Assembly (NCBI GenBank): GCA_018052995.1 | Contig: JAGPMK010000001.1 | Coordinates: 5,384 to 69,383, forward strand | Length of the DNA stretch: 64,000 nucleotides | Reading direction: 5' to 3' | Source: Syntrophorhabdales bacterium | Lineage (GTDB): Bacteria; Desulfobacterota; Syntrophorhabdia; Syntrophorhabdales; Syntrophorhabdaceae | Shown here: one piece after another, positions 38,037 through 46,988 of the stretch | Position numbering within the stretch: position 1 is the stretch's first letter | How the letters are laid out: each line of letters starts with the position of its first letter | The notes under the pieces: generated by a model | Databases searched by the model: none | What the model was told of the DNA's origin: nothing | Seen by the model: the letters and a program-made list of their open reading frames with translations, nothing else | Position numbers and translations under genes: made by a program

Positions 38037-39507
38037 TTCTTACCCCCATAAATGGATTAAATCTTACTGTATAGTGAAGAACGCCCCTTGATTTTATCTC
38101 CTCGTCAAGGAGGCTGCACTGGTCTTTTAGGGCATCCCTTCTTTCTATCCATGATTCCCTGTCAAGCCCTTCAACAGATTTTACAAAATCCATATACCTG
38201 TGCTCATAATCAAGATTACCATATCCATTTACATAGGCACAGAAGAGATCTTTTAGTTTTTCCACGATAAGATTCTCTTCCTCGCCGAGATCCATACAGG
38301 TATCATCAGTAAAGTTATCAAGTTCATCTATCTTTCTGAAATCTATCTGACCCGCCTCTTTAGCAATATCATATGCCCTTGTGCCAATAAAGGGGAAGAA
38401 AAGGGACCAGCGGAATCTCCCTGGTTTTATCCGGGATATGAGACCTACTGTCTCCATTATATCCTCTTTTTTTTCATGGGGCAGGCCGATCATAACAAAG
38501 GCAGAGGTGTGGAGACCAAATCTATGGGCTATATCAAAGGCATTCTCTATATCCTTGTTTGTCATATGCCTGTTGAGGACTGTTTTTCTTATTCTATTAC
38601 TGCCGCTTTCGAGCCCGAACTTGACAATCCTGCAACCAGCATCCTTTAGGTATCCTGCCACCTCTTCATCAAAGATACGGGCATGGGCATTGCATACAAA
38701 ACCTATTTTTGTAACCTCTCGATATTTCTCCGAAAACTCCCTTAACCATTGTTTGTCAAAGGTAAATATGTCATCATCAAATATAAACATCTTTATTCGG
38801 TTATAGTTTGAAAGAAGATATTCTATCTCATAGATTATCTCATCAACTGTATGTCTTCTCAGATAATACCTTGGCAGGTGTCCATGATCTCTATATAGCC
38901 CCATTATCTTATGATTAAGACAGTAGCTGCATCTGAAGGGGCACCCCCTTGATGCCATGAGCCCTACCCAGCCATCCTTTGCATCTATCATCTGTTGAAA
39001 ATCAAATATACTGTAATCCTTAAAGGGCAGTTTGTTTATATCTATAAAGGGTCTTAGAGGCTCAAGCACCAGTTTCCCCTCTAACCTATATCCCATATTT
39101 TTGACCCCCCTAGGGCTACCTTTTTGCACCAGCTCCAGGATAGCCTCCTCCCCCTCGCCTACACAGATATAATCAATATTTTCATCACCCATAGTTCCTG
39201 TAGGATCCATTGTGGGGTGTATACCGCCGAACATGATAGGCCCTTTGTAATATTCCTTTATATGTCTCGCTATCTCTATAGCATACTTATACTGATTTGT
39301 AAGGACAGACATGCCAATCATGTCCGGTTTTATGGCAAGGACATCCCTCTTAATCCTTTCATGGTCAAGGGGATAGCCCAGCTTGTCATTTACATTTAAG
39401 AGGAATGTCTCTATGTTATTTGCCTTTAAAAGACCAGAGATATAGGATATACCATAGTTAAATCCTATCTGGGCGTAAAGGTTTGGGTAAATAAATAGTA
39501 TCTTCAT
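38005..39507 (-). CDS. B12-binding-domain radical SAM enzyme (class B, function unknown)
   Basis: The N-terminal Rossmann-like part (KILFIYPN...DMIGMSV...ICVGEGEE) is followed by the CPFRCSYC (CxxxCxxC) cluster motif. 500 aa. Confidence 0.85.
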   Translation of the reverse strand: MKILFIYPNLYAQIGFNYGISYISGLLKANNIETFLLNVNDKLGYPLDHERIKRDVLAIKPDMIGMSVLTNQYKYAIEIARHIKEYYKGPIMFGGIHPTMDPTGTMGDENIDYICVGEGEEAILELVQKGSPRGVKNMGYRLEGKLVLEPLRPFIDINKLPFKDYSIFDFQQMIDAKDGWVGLMASRGCPFRCSYCLNHKIMGLYRDHGHLPRYYLRRHTVDEIIYEIEYLLSNYNRIKMFIFDDDIFTFDKQWLREFSEKYREVTKIGFVCNAHARIFDEEVAGYLKDAGCRIVKFGLESGSNRIRKTVLNRHMTNKDIENAFDIAHRFGLHTSAFVMIGLPHEKKEDIMETVGLISRIKPGRFRWSLFFPFIGTRAYDIAKEAGQIDFRKIDELDNFTDDTCMDLGEEENLIVEKLKDLFCAYVNGYGNLDYEHRYMDFVKSVEGLDRESWIERRDALKDQCSLLDEEIKSRGVLHYTVRFNPFMGVRSDWQDDSLSP

Positions 39508-40568
39508 TATCTTGTCCTGTAATACATTTCTTTTGCTGCATAGAATACCTCATCTATTGATATCTCTTCAAGGCAGCCCCTGTCTGGGCAGTCTTTTGTT
39601 TTGCAGGGACTGCAATAGATGTCTTTTCTGACTATCGAGGAATGCATGCCATAGGGGGCATTTATCCTATGGTCAGTTGGCCCAAATATGGCAACAACAG
39701 GTGTTTTAGCAGCGGCAGCAAGATGCATCACCCCTGTATCCCCGCTTATATAGAGCCTAACCCGCTTAAGGAGGGCAAAAAGCTGGGGGATATCTGTAGG
39801 GCAGGAAAGAAACACACCGTTGTCTGATTCATCTATAAGCGACCGGGCCTCCTCTTTTTCCCCTGGGCCCCATAGTATTACTATATCTGCACCCAGTTGT
39901 GCCCTTAAACGTTTTATAAGCCCCTTATAACGGCTGATACCCCATCTCTTAAACTCACTCCCGGGGCTTGAAAAGGGGTTTACTGCAATTACATTATCTG
40001 ATATGCCCTTTTCTCTAAAAAAATTATCAATATATTCTTGATATCTCGCGGGCACTGTAAGCTCTATATCCGGCGCCTCTTGTGCACCTGCACCGAGGTA
40101 TGTTGCCATGAGCATATTTCGTTCAACCTTATGTAGCCTCCTGTCTATGCCAGGGATTCTCTCGTCATAGAAGAGATGACTACTCTCTTTGGCATATATC
40201 TTATCAAAACCTATCAATCTTTTTCCCCGTGCACACCTTGAGAGGATAATGCTTTTTATTATGCCGTGAAAATCTATTATAAGGTCATATTCCAATGCCC
40301 TTAGATCGTTAAGGAATGACCTGGCTATTGTCATTGACCCACTTATGTTGCCATGTTTGATTTTTTGGACCAACCCTGTCCTTGGAAACCTGATCACCTT
40401 GTCTATAAATCCCTGATACGAGAGCAGGTCACTGATAGAACCCTCTATAAGCCATGAGATATGGGAACCAGGATAAAGATTTTTTATTGCCTTTACTGCT
40501 GGAAGGGTCATCAGCACATCACCGAGGGAACTTAAGCGCACAACAAGGATGTTTTTTTCATCCTTCAT
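39507..40568 (-). CDS. Heptosyltransferase-family glycosyltransferase (GT9)
   Basis: NILVVRLSSLGDVLMTLPAVKAIK and C-terminal SGDTGVMHLAAA, then a Cys-rich tail CSPCKTKDCPDRGC. Confidence 0.85.
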   Translation of the reverse strand: MKDEKNILVVRLSSLGDVLMTLPAVKAIKNLYPGSHISWLIEGSISDLLSYQGFIDKVIRFPRTGLVQKIKHGNISGSMTIARSFLNDLRALEYDLIIDFHGIIKSIILSRCARGKRLIGFDKIYAKESSHLFYDERIPGIDRRLHKVERNMLMATYLGAGAQEAPDIELTVPARYQEYIDNFFREKGISDNVIAVNPFSSPGSEFKRWGISRYKGLIKRLRAQLGADIVILWGPGEKEEARSLIDESDNGVFLSCPTDIPQLFALLKRVRLYISGDTGVMHLAAAAKTPVVAIFGPTDHRINAPYGMHSSIVRKDIYCSPCKTKDCPDRGCLEEISIDEVFYAAKEMYYRTR

Positions 40569-40992
40569 CTTTTAAGGCATCTGTGAGGTATTTTGGTATT
40601 ACCGTAGGCTTTTTGTCTGTGTTTGTGCATATATGCATTGTTTTTCCCTCAACTATAATCTCACCATCTCTGAATATCCTATACTGGAATGTAAGCCCCC
40701 TGGATTTCCATTCAGAGATTCTTGTCCTGACTGTAAGCTCATCATCATAGAATGCAGGGTTATAATACTTTACCTCCATCCTTACCACTACAAGATAATG
40801 CCCTCTCTCCTCAACCTCTCGATATGCGCACCCCTTCTGCCTCATATACTCGCTTCTACCTATCTCAAAATATAGAGGGTAGTTGCCATAATAGACTATC
40901 CCCATCCTATCTGTATCAGCATAGCGGACACGAACAGGTATATGGATAAAACCATCCTCATCATTTTTGTAGGCCATCCTCTTGTCTTCCAT
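40558..40992 (-). CDS. YbgC/4HBT-family acyl-CoA thioesterase
   Basis: VRVRYADTDRMGIVYYGNYPLYFEIGRSEYMR is a hot-dog fold with the catalytic Asp context. Confidence 0.85.
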   Translation of the reverse strand: MEDKRMAYKNDEDGFIHIPVRVRYADTDRMGIVYYGNYPLYFEIGRSEYMRQKGCAYREVEERGHYLVVVRMEVKYYNPAFYDDELTVRTRISEWKSRGLTFQYRIFRDGEIIVEGKTMHICTNTDKKPTVIPKYLTDALKDEG

Positions 40993-40994
40993 CT

Positions 40995-41870
40995 TTATAG
41001 CGCCCTCATGAATTCAGGCCTGAGCATTGACGGATCTTTTTGATCAAGGACGTATCTAATCGATTTAAGCATCTTCTCCTTTTCCTCAGGCAACCAACCC
41101 TTTACGGGCAGATAGTTGGATGCATGGTTAGATGCAAAAAACATATGCGTAGGGTTTGTATTCTCTATCATGATCTCAAGCTCCTCTAAGAGCATATAAG
41201 GAGAGGGAACCTGAAACTCACCCCTTTTTATCTGCTCTGCCAGGGGTGTCCCGGGCACAACTATCACGCTTAGTGCCCCTGCATATTCAGGGTCTATCCT
41301 TGTAAGAAACTTACCTGTCTCCTCTGCATGCTGTCTGCTTCTTTCTACACCGCCAAGCCCCAGAAGGACCGTAACAGACAGTATGATCCCAGCATCCTTT
41401 ACCCTTTTTGCTGCCTCAGCGGTCTTGTCAAGGGTAGTGCCTTTACGGACCCTGTCAAGGACAACCTGATCCCCTGACTCAACGCCCAGGTATATTATAC
41501 CAACCCCAAGGTCTTTGAGTTGTTTCAGGTCGTCAACAGATTTTTTTAGTATTGATTTTGTGTTGCCATAGATGCCGATTCTTTCCATTCTCGGAAATGC
41601 ATCCCTTACAAGCTGTATTATAGGAATAAGCCTTTTCTGTGGTATTATGAGGGCATCTCCATCAGCCAGAAAGACCTTTCTTATAAAACGGGCATACTGC
41701 CTTGCCTCGTCCACATCCTCTTTTATCTCTTCAAAACTCTTTACCCTGAACTTTTTATCCTTATATGAACCACAGAATGTGCATTTATTATGGGAACAGC
41801 CAACAGTTACCTGTAAAATAAGACTATCCGCCTCGCTTGGCGGTCTATAGATTGAACCTTCGTATTTCAT
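40995..41870 (-). CDS. Radical SAM protein (291 aa, uncharacterised subgroup)
   Basis: GSIYRPPSEADSLILQVTVGCSHNKCTFC contains the CxxxCxxC motif. ATGA overlap with the ftsB stop. Confidence 0.85.
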   Translation of the reverse strand: MKYEGSIYRPPSEADSLILQVTVGCSHNKCTFCGSYKDKKFRVKSFEEIKEDVDEARQYARFIRKVFLADGDALIIPQKRLIPIIQLVRDAFPRMERIGIYGNTKSILKKSVDDLKQLKDLGVGIIYLGVESGDQVVLDRVRKGTTLDKTAEAAKRVKDAGIILSVTVLLGLGGVERSRQHAEETGKFLTRIDPEYAGALSVIVVPGTPLAEQIKRGEFQVPSPYMLLEELEIMIENTNPTHMFFASNHASNYLPVKGWLPEEKEKMLKSIRYVLDQKDPSMLRPEFMRAL

Positions 41871-42166
41871 CTCTCTATCCTATATAGTTTTTCTCCCTCC
41901 CTTAAAAGGCCATATTTCATCCTTACAACCTCTTCAAGATATCTTTCATCCTTTCTAAACCTCTCAATCTCTTTGGCAAGGGAGGCATTCTCGTTTTCCA
42001 ATTTTTTTGTAACCTTGTCTATCCTCGATAGCTCCAGCTTCATCTTTATATAATTAACTAAACCACCTTCATAAAAAACAACAGAAAAGATGAGGACAAG
42101 GAGTAAAACCAATAACCCATATTTTTTTATAAAATCCTCAAGCACTGATAATAATATAAACGCCAT
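41867..42166 (-). CDS. ftsB: Septum formation initiator FtsB/DivIC-family protein
   Basis: 99 aa. It has an N-terminal TM segment, a coiled coil (KLENENASLAKEIERFRKDERYLEEVVR) and a C-terminal MKYGLLREGEKLYRI. Confidence 0.7.
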   Translation of the reverse strand: MAFILLSVLEDFIKKYGLLVLLLVLIFSVVFYEGGLVNYIKMKLELSRIDKVTKKLENENASLAKEIERFRKDERYLEEVVRMKYGLLREGEKLYRIER

Positions 42167-42726
42167 AGAGACAAAAAGTCAACCTATCTGTAAGTAATTC
42201 TCCATAACATTGTTCACCCATCTTTCATCTTCTCCCCCTTTGGAGATCATCTTTCCCTGGATATAATGCACAGCAGTTTATAAATCAGTCAAGACGGCTA
42301 TGCCCTTCTGCATTTTTTATAAATCAATAGCTATTAATTATTGAAAAAAGCTGAAAAAAATATAGCTCTTTCTCATTTTAAGTGGGTGACCTTGATGTGT
42401 CCTAGCATAAAGACAGGCTCTCTCTTGCAGATGCTCTAGACAAACAGGATTGTGAGATTGAGACTGGTAAAAGGTTGGTGAAGAAACTTCGAACCTCACA
42501 TTTTAAACTAAAGATCCATCCTTGTGGGAGACAGTCTCTGCAGTAAACATCCATTTATAGAGGGACCCTCAAAAAAACCGAAAAATCAAATTACCGTAAA
42601 AATTGTGTGGCTGTCAATAGAAAATTATAGACAAGCATGGACAAGCAACTGCCTTAAAATCCAATACTGATATAGAAAATCAAAACTTTAATGGACTATA
42701 ATAAACAAGGATAGAATAATAAAAAA

Positions 42727-42813
42727 CGGAGGGAGTAGGATTCGAACCCACGGGGCGCGTAAACGCCCAACGGTTTTCAAGACCGCCGCTTTCGGCCACT
42801 CAGCCATCCCTCC
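42727..42813 (-). tRNA. tRNA-Ser (anticodon UGA), class II with a long variable arm; no encoded CCA
   Basis: Minus-strand sequence read by hand: GGAGGGATGGCTGAGTGGCCGAAAGCGGCGGTCTTGAAAACCGTTGGGCGTTTACGCGCCCCGTGGGTTCGAATCCTACTCCCTCCG. The 7-bp acceptor stem pairs, the anticodon loop is CTTGAAA, the T-loop is TTCGAAT and the discriminator base is G. Confidence 0.93.
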
Positions 42814-42903
42814 ATATAAAATTCAAAAAACAGTTAGTAGCAACCAGAGACAAATAAATCAAACCTCAAGGCCATTGCTCACTCGCCACTTAACGCTACA
42901 TTT

Positions 42904-43890
42904 TCACCACCTTATTAATGAACTGCCCCATGTGAGACCACCACCAAAGGCAGTCAACAAAACAAGTCCGTCCTTCCTTATTGTGCCGTTCCTTACGGCC
43001 TCATCAAGGGCAATAGGCACTGTTGCAGATGATATATTAGCATATTTTTCGATTGTCATGTATACCTTTTCATCAGGGACCTTAAGTTTTTTTGCCATAC
43101 CCTGAAGGATCCTCAGATTTGCCTGATGAGGTATTATCACATCCACGTCTTCTATAGTATAGTTGTTGGCAGCTACTGCCTCTTCGCATGCCTCAGCGAA
43201 CCTGTTCACAGCAACCTTGAACGACTTGTTTGCCTCTATCATCTTCAGATAGTGCAATCCTTTGTCCACACTATCATAGGAGATGGGTGTGGTCTTTGAA
43301 CCCCCTCCTGGCATAAGCAGGGTATCACCATTTGCACCATCGGTATGGATATGGGTTGAGAGAATCTCTGCCCCCTGGGATGTCTCTGTCACTATAGCAG
43401 CACCGGCACCATCACCCCATAATATACAACTTTCTCTCTCTTTCCAATTAACGACCCTACTCATAATCTCCCCGGCAGCAACAAGGGCAACCTTATTTGC
43501 ACCAGATTTAATCATCCTATCTGCCACATGAAGGGCAAAGATAAAACCAGAGCACGCTGCAGTTACATCAAATGATACTGCCTTTTGACATCCAAGTTTT
43601 GCCTCAAGCCAGTTTGCCCCTGCAGGGCAGTGGGTATCAGGTGTAATCGTTGCAAGTATTATAAGGTCTATATCGTCGGGCTTTACCCCTGCTACCTCCA
43701 TAGCCCTTTCAGATGCTATCTTGCACAGATCTGATGTAGCCTGTGCATTTTCAGCTATCCTTCTCTCTTTTATGCCTGTTCTTGTAAATATCCACTCATC
43801 TGATGTATCAAGAAATTTTTCTATGTCAAAATTTGTCATAACCTTATCAGGGAGATAAGAACCTGTTCCAATAATACCAGTTTTTTTCAT
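42904..43890 (-). CDS. fabH: 3-oxoacyl-ACP synthase III
   Basis: GTGSYLPDKVMTNFD, the active-site AACSGF, and the HQAN and GGGLTWG motifs. Confidence 0.93.
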   Translation of the reverse strand: MKKTGIIGTGSYLPDKVMTNFDIEKFLDTSDEWIFTRTGIKERRIAENAQATSDLCKIASERAMEVAGVKPDDIDLIILATITPDTHCPAGANWLEAKLGCQKAVSFDVTAACSGFIFALHVADRMIKSGANKVALVAAGEIMSRVVNWKERESCILWGDGAGAAIVTETSQGAEILSTHIHTDGANGDTLLMPGGGSKTTPISYDSVDKGLHYLKMIEANKSFKVAVNRFAEACEEAVAANNYTIEDVDVIIPHQANLRILQGMAKKLKVPDEKVYMTIEKYANISSATVPIALDEAVRNGTIRKDGLVLLTAFGGGLTWGSSLIRW

Positions 43891-43974
43891 CTATCCTCTT
43901 GCTCCTCCTCTTTTTAAGTGATTTAATAGAACAAAAAAGGTATAAGATTGTCAAGGAAAACATGGGAGGATGTG

Positions 43975-44898
43975 ATGCAAAGAGAGCATATAGATGCGAA
44001 AGGATTTGCAATGGTCTTTATCATCACATTATTATGGGGATTAAATTATCCTGCCATTAAACTCTCCAACACAGGCCTGTCACCCATATTTACTACATTT
44101 CTGAGGTCAGTTATTGCGTCATTTCTGGGCATAATATACTGTATACGTATAAAACAGCCTATTTTTAACAAAGGCATAATCCTGCTCCACGGATTCGTAA
44201 CAGGGATGTTATTTGGTCTTGAGTTTGTATTTCTTTATCTTGCCATACTGTATACAGGTGCTGCAAGGTCAGCAGTCCTTCTCTATCTCTCACCCTTTAT
44301 TGTTGCCATAGGGGCTCATATATTTCTAAAAGAAAGGCTCAATTTAATCAAGATTGCAGGCTTAATACTTGCCTTCATAGGTGTTTATCTTGTGTTTATG
44401 GACAAACCCACCACTCATTCAAGATACATGCTCCTTGGTGATATATTTGCGATAATAGGTGCTGTTTTCTGGGCTGCTACGACCATTTATATCAAGAGAT
44501 ACCTTGCCCTAAGTGTCCATCCGATTAATACATTCCTATACCAGCTTATCTTTTCAGTACCTATTATCTTTATCTGTGCCCTGTTCTTTGAGGATAAATG
44601 GGTTATAGATCTTAACCTTAATGTGGTTGGGTCTGTTTTTTTTCAATCTGTGATAGTTGCATTTATGTCATATCTGGCATGGTTCAATCTCATCCATGAA
44701 TATCCTGTGGCACGTCTCTCTGTATTTACATTCCTGACCCCTGTTTTTGGGGTGCTTTTCGGTATAATCATATCAAAAGAACATATGACCGTTGGCCTTA
44801 TTTGGGGGCTTGTCCTTGTTTGTTTAGGCATCTATTTTACAAACTCTCAAAATACAGGGATATTTAACCTCAAAAAGTTTACAAAAGGCATAAATTGA
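43975..44898 (+). CDS. EamA/DMT-family transporter
   Basis: Start trimmed to the ATG at 43975, after GGGAGGA. It has about ten TM segments arranged as two EamA repeats. Confidence 0.8.
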   Translation: MQREHIDAKGFAMVFIITLLWGLNYPAIKLSNTGLSPIFTTFLRSVIASFLGIIYCIRIKQPIFNKGIILLHGFVTGMLFGLEFVFLYLAILYTGAARSAVLLYLSPFIVAIGAHIFLKERLNLIKIAGLILAFIGVYLVFMDKPTTHSRYMLLGDIFAIIGAVFWAATTIYIKRYLALSVHPINTFLYQLIFSVPIIFICALFFEDKWVIDLNLNVVGSVFFQSVIVAFMSYLAWFNLIHEYPVARLSVFTFLTPVFGVLFGIIISKEHMTVGLIWGLVLVCLGIYFTNSQNTGIFNLKKFTKGIN

Positions 44899-45869
44899 GC
44901 AAGAATCGAGTATTTACAATAATAGGATTTTTCATTAGTCTGATGCTCCTTTATCTTTCCCTCAGGGGTATACATTTTAATGATATCTATATAATCCTGA
45001 AAAATGCCGACTACAGGTTTATATTCCTCCCTACAATCTTTATATTTCTTGCTGCTTTATTTTCATCCATTAAATGGTCTATGATTGCAGGTAGTAGCGT
45101 TAAGATAAAAAACACCTTTACAGCACTTATTATAGGGCTCTTTATAAATAATGTCCTTCCTGCAAGGATAGGAGAGGTGGCAAGAGGTTATGTCCTATCC
45201 AGAAAAGAGGGTCTATCTTTTTCCTTTGCCCTGTCCACTGTCCTTGTAGACAGACTTTTTGATCTGATAGGGCTTCTTATTATCACATTTGTCTTCTTCC
45301 CCAAACAAGGTATGCCTCATCAGGTATCAAAGGCAATATATATGCTCATCATAGTACTCACGCTCTGTATTATTATATTTGTACTTTTGAGTAATAAAAA
45401 GGCTGCCGGCTTAATTGCAGGGTGGCTTCATGCTGTCCAGAGACCTGTTTTCATAAAAATCTCAAAGAGACTTATGGAGATTCAAGAGAATCTGAGCCGT
45501 ATAAAATCACCAGCAACAACCATCTACTATATATTTATAGCATTCGTTCAGTGGCTTTGTATGAGTTCTGCCCTTTATTTTGTAGCATTGACCATAGGAA
45601 TATCCATCAGCTTCTTTAGCATACCATTTATTTGTGCACTATTGAATATGGGGCTTGCAGTGCCTTCCTCGCCAGGTTATATTGGTGTTTACCAGTTCAT
45701 ACTTGTCTATCTTCTTGCAATTTTCGATATACCCAAGTCTCAGGGCTTTACAGCATCCATACTCTTTCATGCGTCATGGTATATCCCATACAACATACTG
45801 GGCTTTTTTCTGCTATTAAAAGAACATCTAAAGATAAAAGATCTAAGGGCAGCAGAAAAAACTAATTAA
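44895..45869 (+). CDS. UPF0104 / lysylphosphatidylglycerol-synthase-TM-region-like (flippase-like) membrane protein
   Basis: The TTG start overlaps the eamA stop. It is a polytopic protein with the LPARIGEVARGYVL motif typical of this family. Confidence 0.7.
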   Translation: MSKNRVFTIIGFFISLMLLYLSLRGIHFNDIYIILKNADYRFIFLPTIFIFLAALFSSIKWSMIAGSSVKIKNTFTALIIGLFINNVLPARIGEVARGYVLSRKEGLSFSFALSTVLVDRLFDLIGLLIITFVFFPKQGMPHQVSKAIYMLIIVLTLCIIIFVLLSNKKAAGLIAGWLHAVQRPVFIKISKRLMEIQENLSRIKSPATTIYYIFIAFVQWLCMSSALYFVALTIGISISFFSIPFICALLNMGLAVPSSPGYIGVYQFILVYLLAIFDIPKSQGFTASILFHASWYIPYNILGFFLLLKEHLKIKDLRAAEKTN

Positions 45870-45908
45870 AGATGTTTTATTCTTTTTAACAATCTGATAT
45901 CATAAATC

Positions 45909-46877
45909 ATGGGCAACAAACCAGGTGTCTATTTTAGCGACAATTCTACCGCTAAACTACACGACCTTATAAAAATGGATGATCATGAAGAGGTATTTAA
46001 AGAGACAAAACACATAATATCCATGATTTATAGAGATTTTGATTTTGCATTATACGAATCAGCATACTCCGACATAATTAGGCTCTATAATGGTGAATAT
46101 CCAGGCTATCGTCATTGCAATACTGAATATCATGACCTGAATCATACCATAAACACATTGCTTGCCATGGTGAGAATAATACATGGCTACACAATAAAGA
46201 ATAATATGCTCTCACAAAATATGGTGCTTTTAGGCTCATTGGGTGCCCTTTTTCATGATACTGGATATATACAGAGAACAGGTGATAGAAAAGGAACAGG
46301 CGCTAAATACACACTAAATCATGTTGACAGAAGCATTAGATTTGCCAGGGAATACATGAAAGGCAAGGGATTTTCGAAAAAAGATATTCATGATTGTGTA
46401 GACATATTAAAATGCACCCTTATATCTATGGATATCAACTCTATAAGGTTCAGTTCAGATGAGATTAAGATGCTGGGAAAGATGTTGGGCACTGCAGATT
46501 TTATAAGCCAGATGGCAGACAGGGTCTATCTTGAAAAACTTCTCTTCCTTTTCCGTGAGTTTGTCGAAGGTAATATTACAGGGTTTGAAGACGAATTTGA
46601 CCTCCTTAAAAAAACCACCTCGTTTTATAACAATGTTCAACAGAGATGTTGCACCCAATTAGGAGGTTTGGAAGAGTATGTAATATATCATTTTATAGAA
46701 AGATGGGGTATTCATGAGGACCTCTATAAGAAAGCCATAGATAATAATATGGGGTATTTGAAAAAGATAATTAATGATTTTTCCCAAAACTATCTCAATT
46801 GCCTGAAAAGAGGTAGAATAGTCGAAAGATTTAAAGAAAGACCCTCCTGCAACATCAAAAAAAACAATAAAACATAA
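45909..46877 (+). CDS. HD-domain protein (putative metal-dependent phosphohydrolase), function unknown
   Basis: It contains H...HD...D elements (EYHDLNHT, GALFHDTGY, GTADFISQMAD). 322 aa. Confidence 0.6.
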   Translation: MGNKPGVYFSDNSTAKLHDLIKMDDHEEVFKETKHIISMIYRDFDFALYESAYSDIIRLYNGEYPGYRHCNTEYHDLNHTINTLLAMVRIIHGYTIKNNMLSQNMVLLGSLGALFHDTGYIQRTGDRKGTGAKYTLNHVDRSIRFAREYMKGKGFSKKDIHDCVDILKCTLISMDINSIRFSSDEIKMLGKMLGTADFISQMADRVYLEKLLFLFREFVEGNITGFEDEFDLLKKTTSFYNNVQQRCCTQLGGLEEYVIYHFIERWGIHEDLYKKAIDNNMGYLKKIINDFSQNYLNCLKRGRIVERFKERPSCNIKKNNKT

Positions 46878-46934
46878 TGCCCATTTGGATTTATTTAAAG
46901 GGCATTGAAAGGTTCCTAATTCACTACAAACTAA

Positions 46935-46972
46935 CAAAAAAGGGGGGGGGTATTACTCCCCCCACTTTTTTT
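46935..46972. terminator. Bidirectional rho-independent terminator between the HD gene and etfA
   Basis: A6-G9-TATTACT-C6-AC-T8. The hairpin is flanked by an A run and a T run, so it reads as a terminator on both strands. Confidence 0.7.
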
Positions 46973-46988
46973 TCATCCATAAAAAAAT

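Noticed and set aside
42140-42182. TTGACT-18-TATATT promoter-like match upstream of ftsB on the minus strand.
   Set aside because: The ftsB ATG (42166) falls inside the spacer, so transcription from it would start downstream of the start codon. This is probably a chance match in AT-rich DNA.
42485-42500. TTCGAACC-containing segment resembling the tRNA T-loop. I considered it as a degraded tRNA or an att-site duplicate of the adjacent tRNA-Ser.
   Set aside because: Only 8 nt match. The flanks do not form T-arm or acceptor pairing, and there is no extended identity to the tRNA 3' end.
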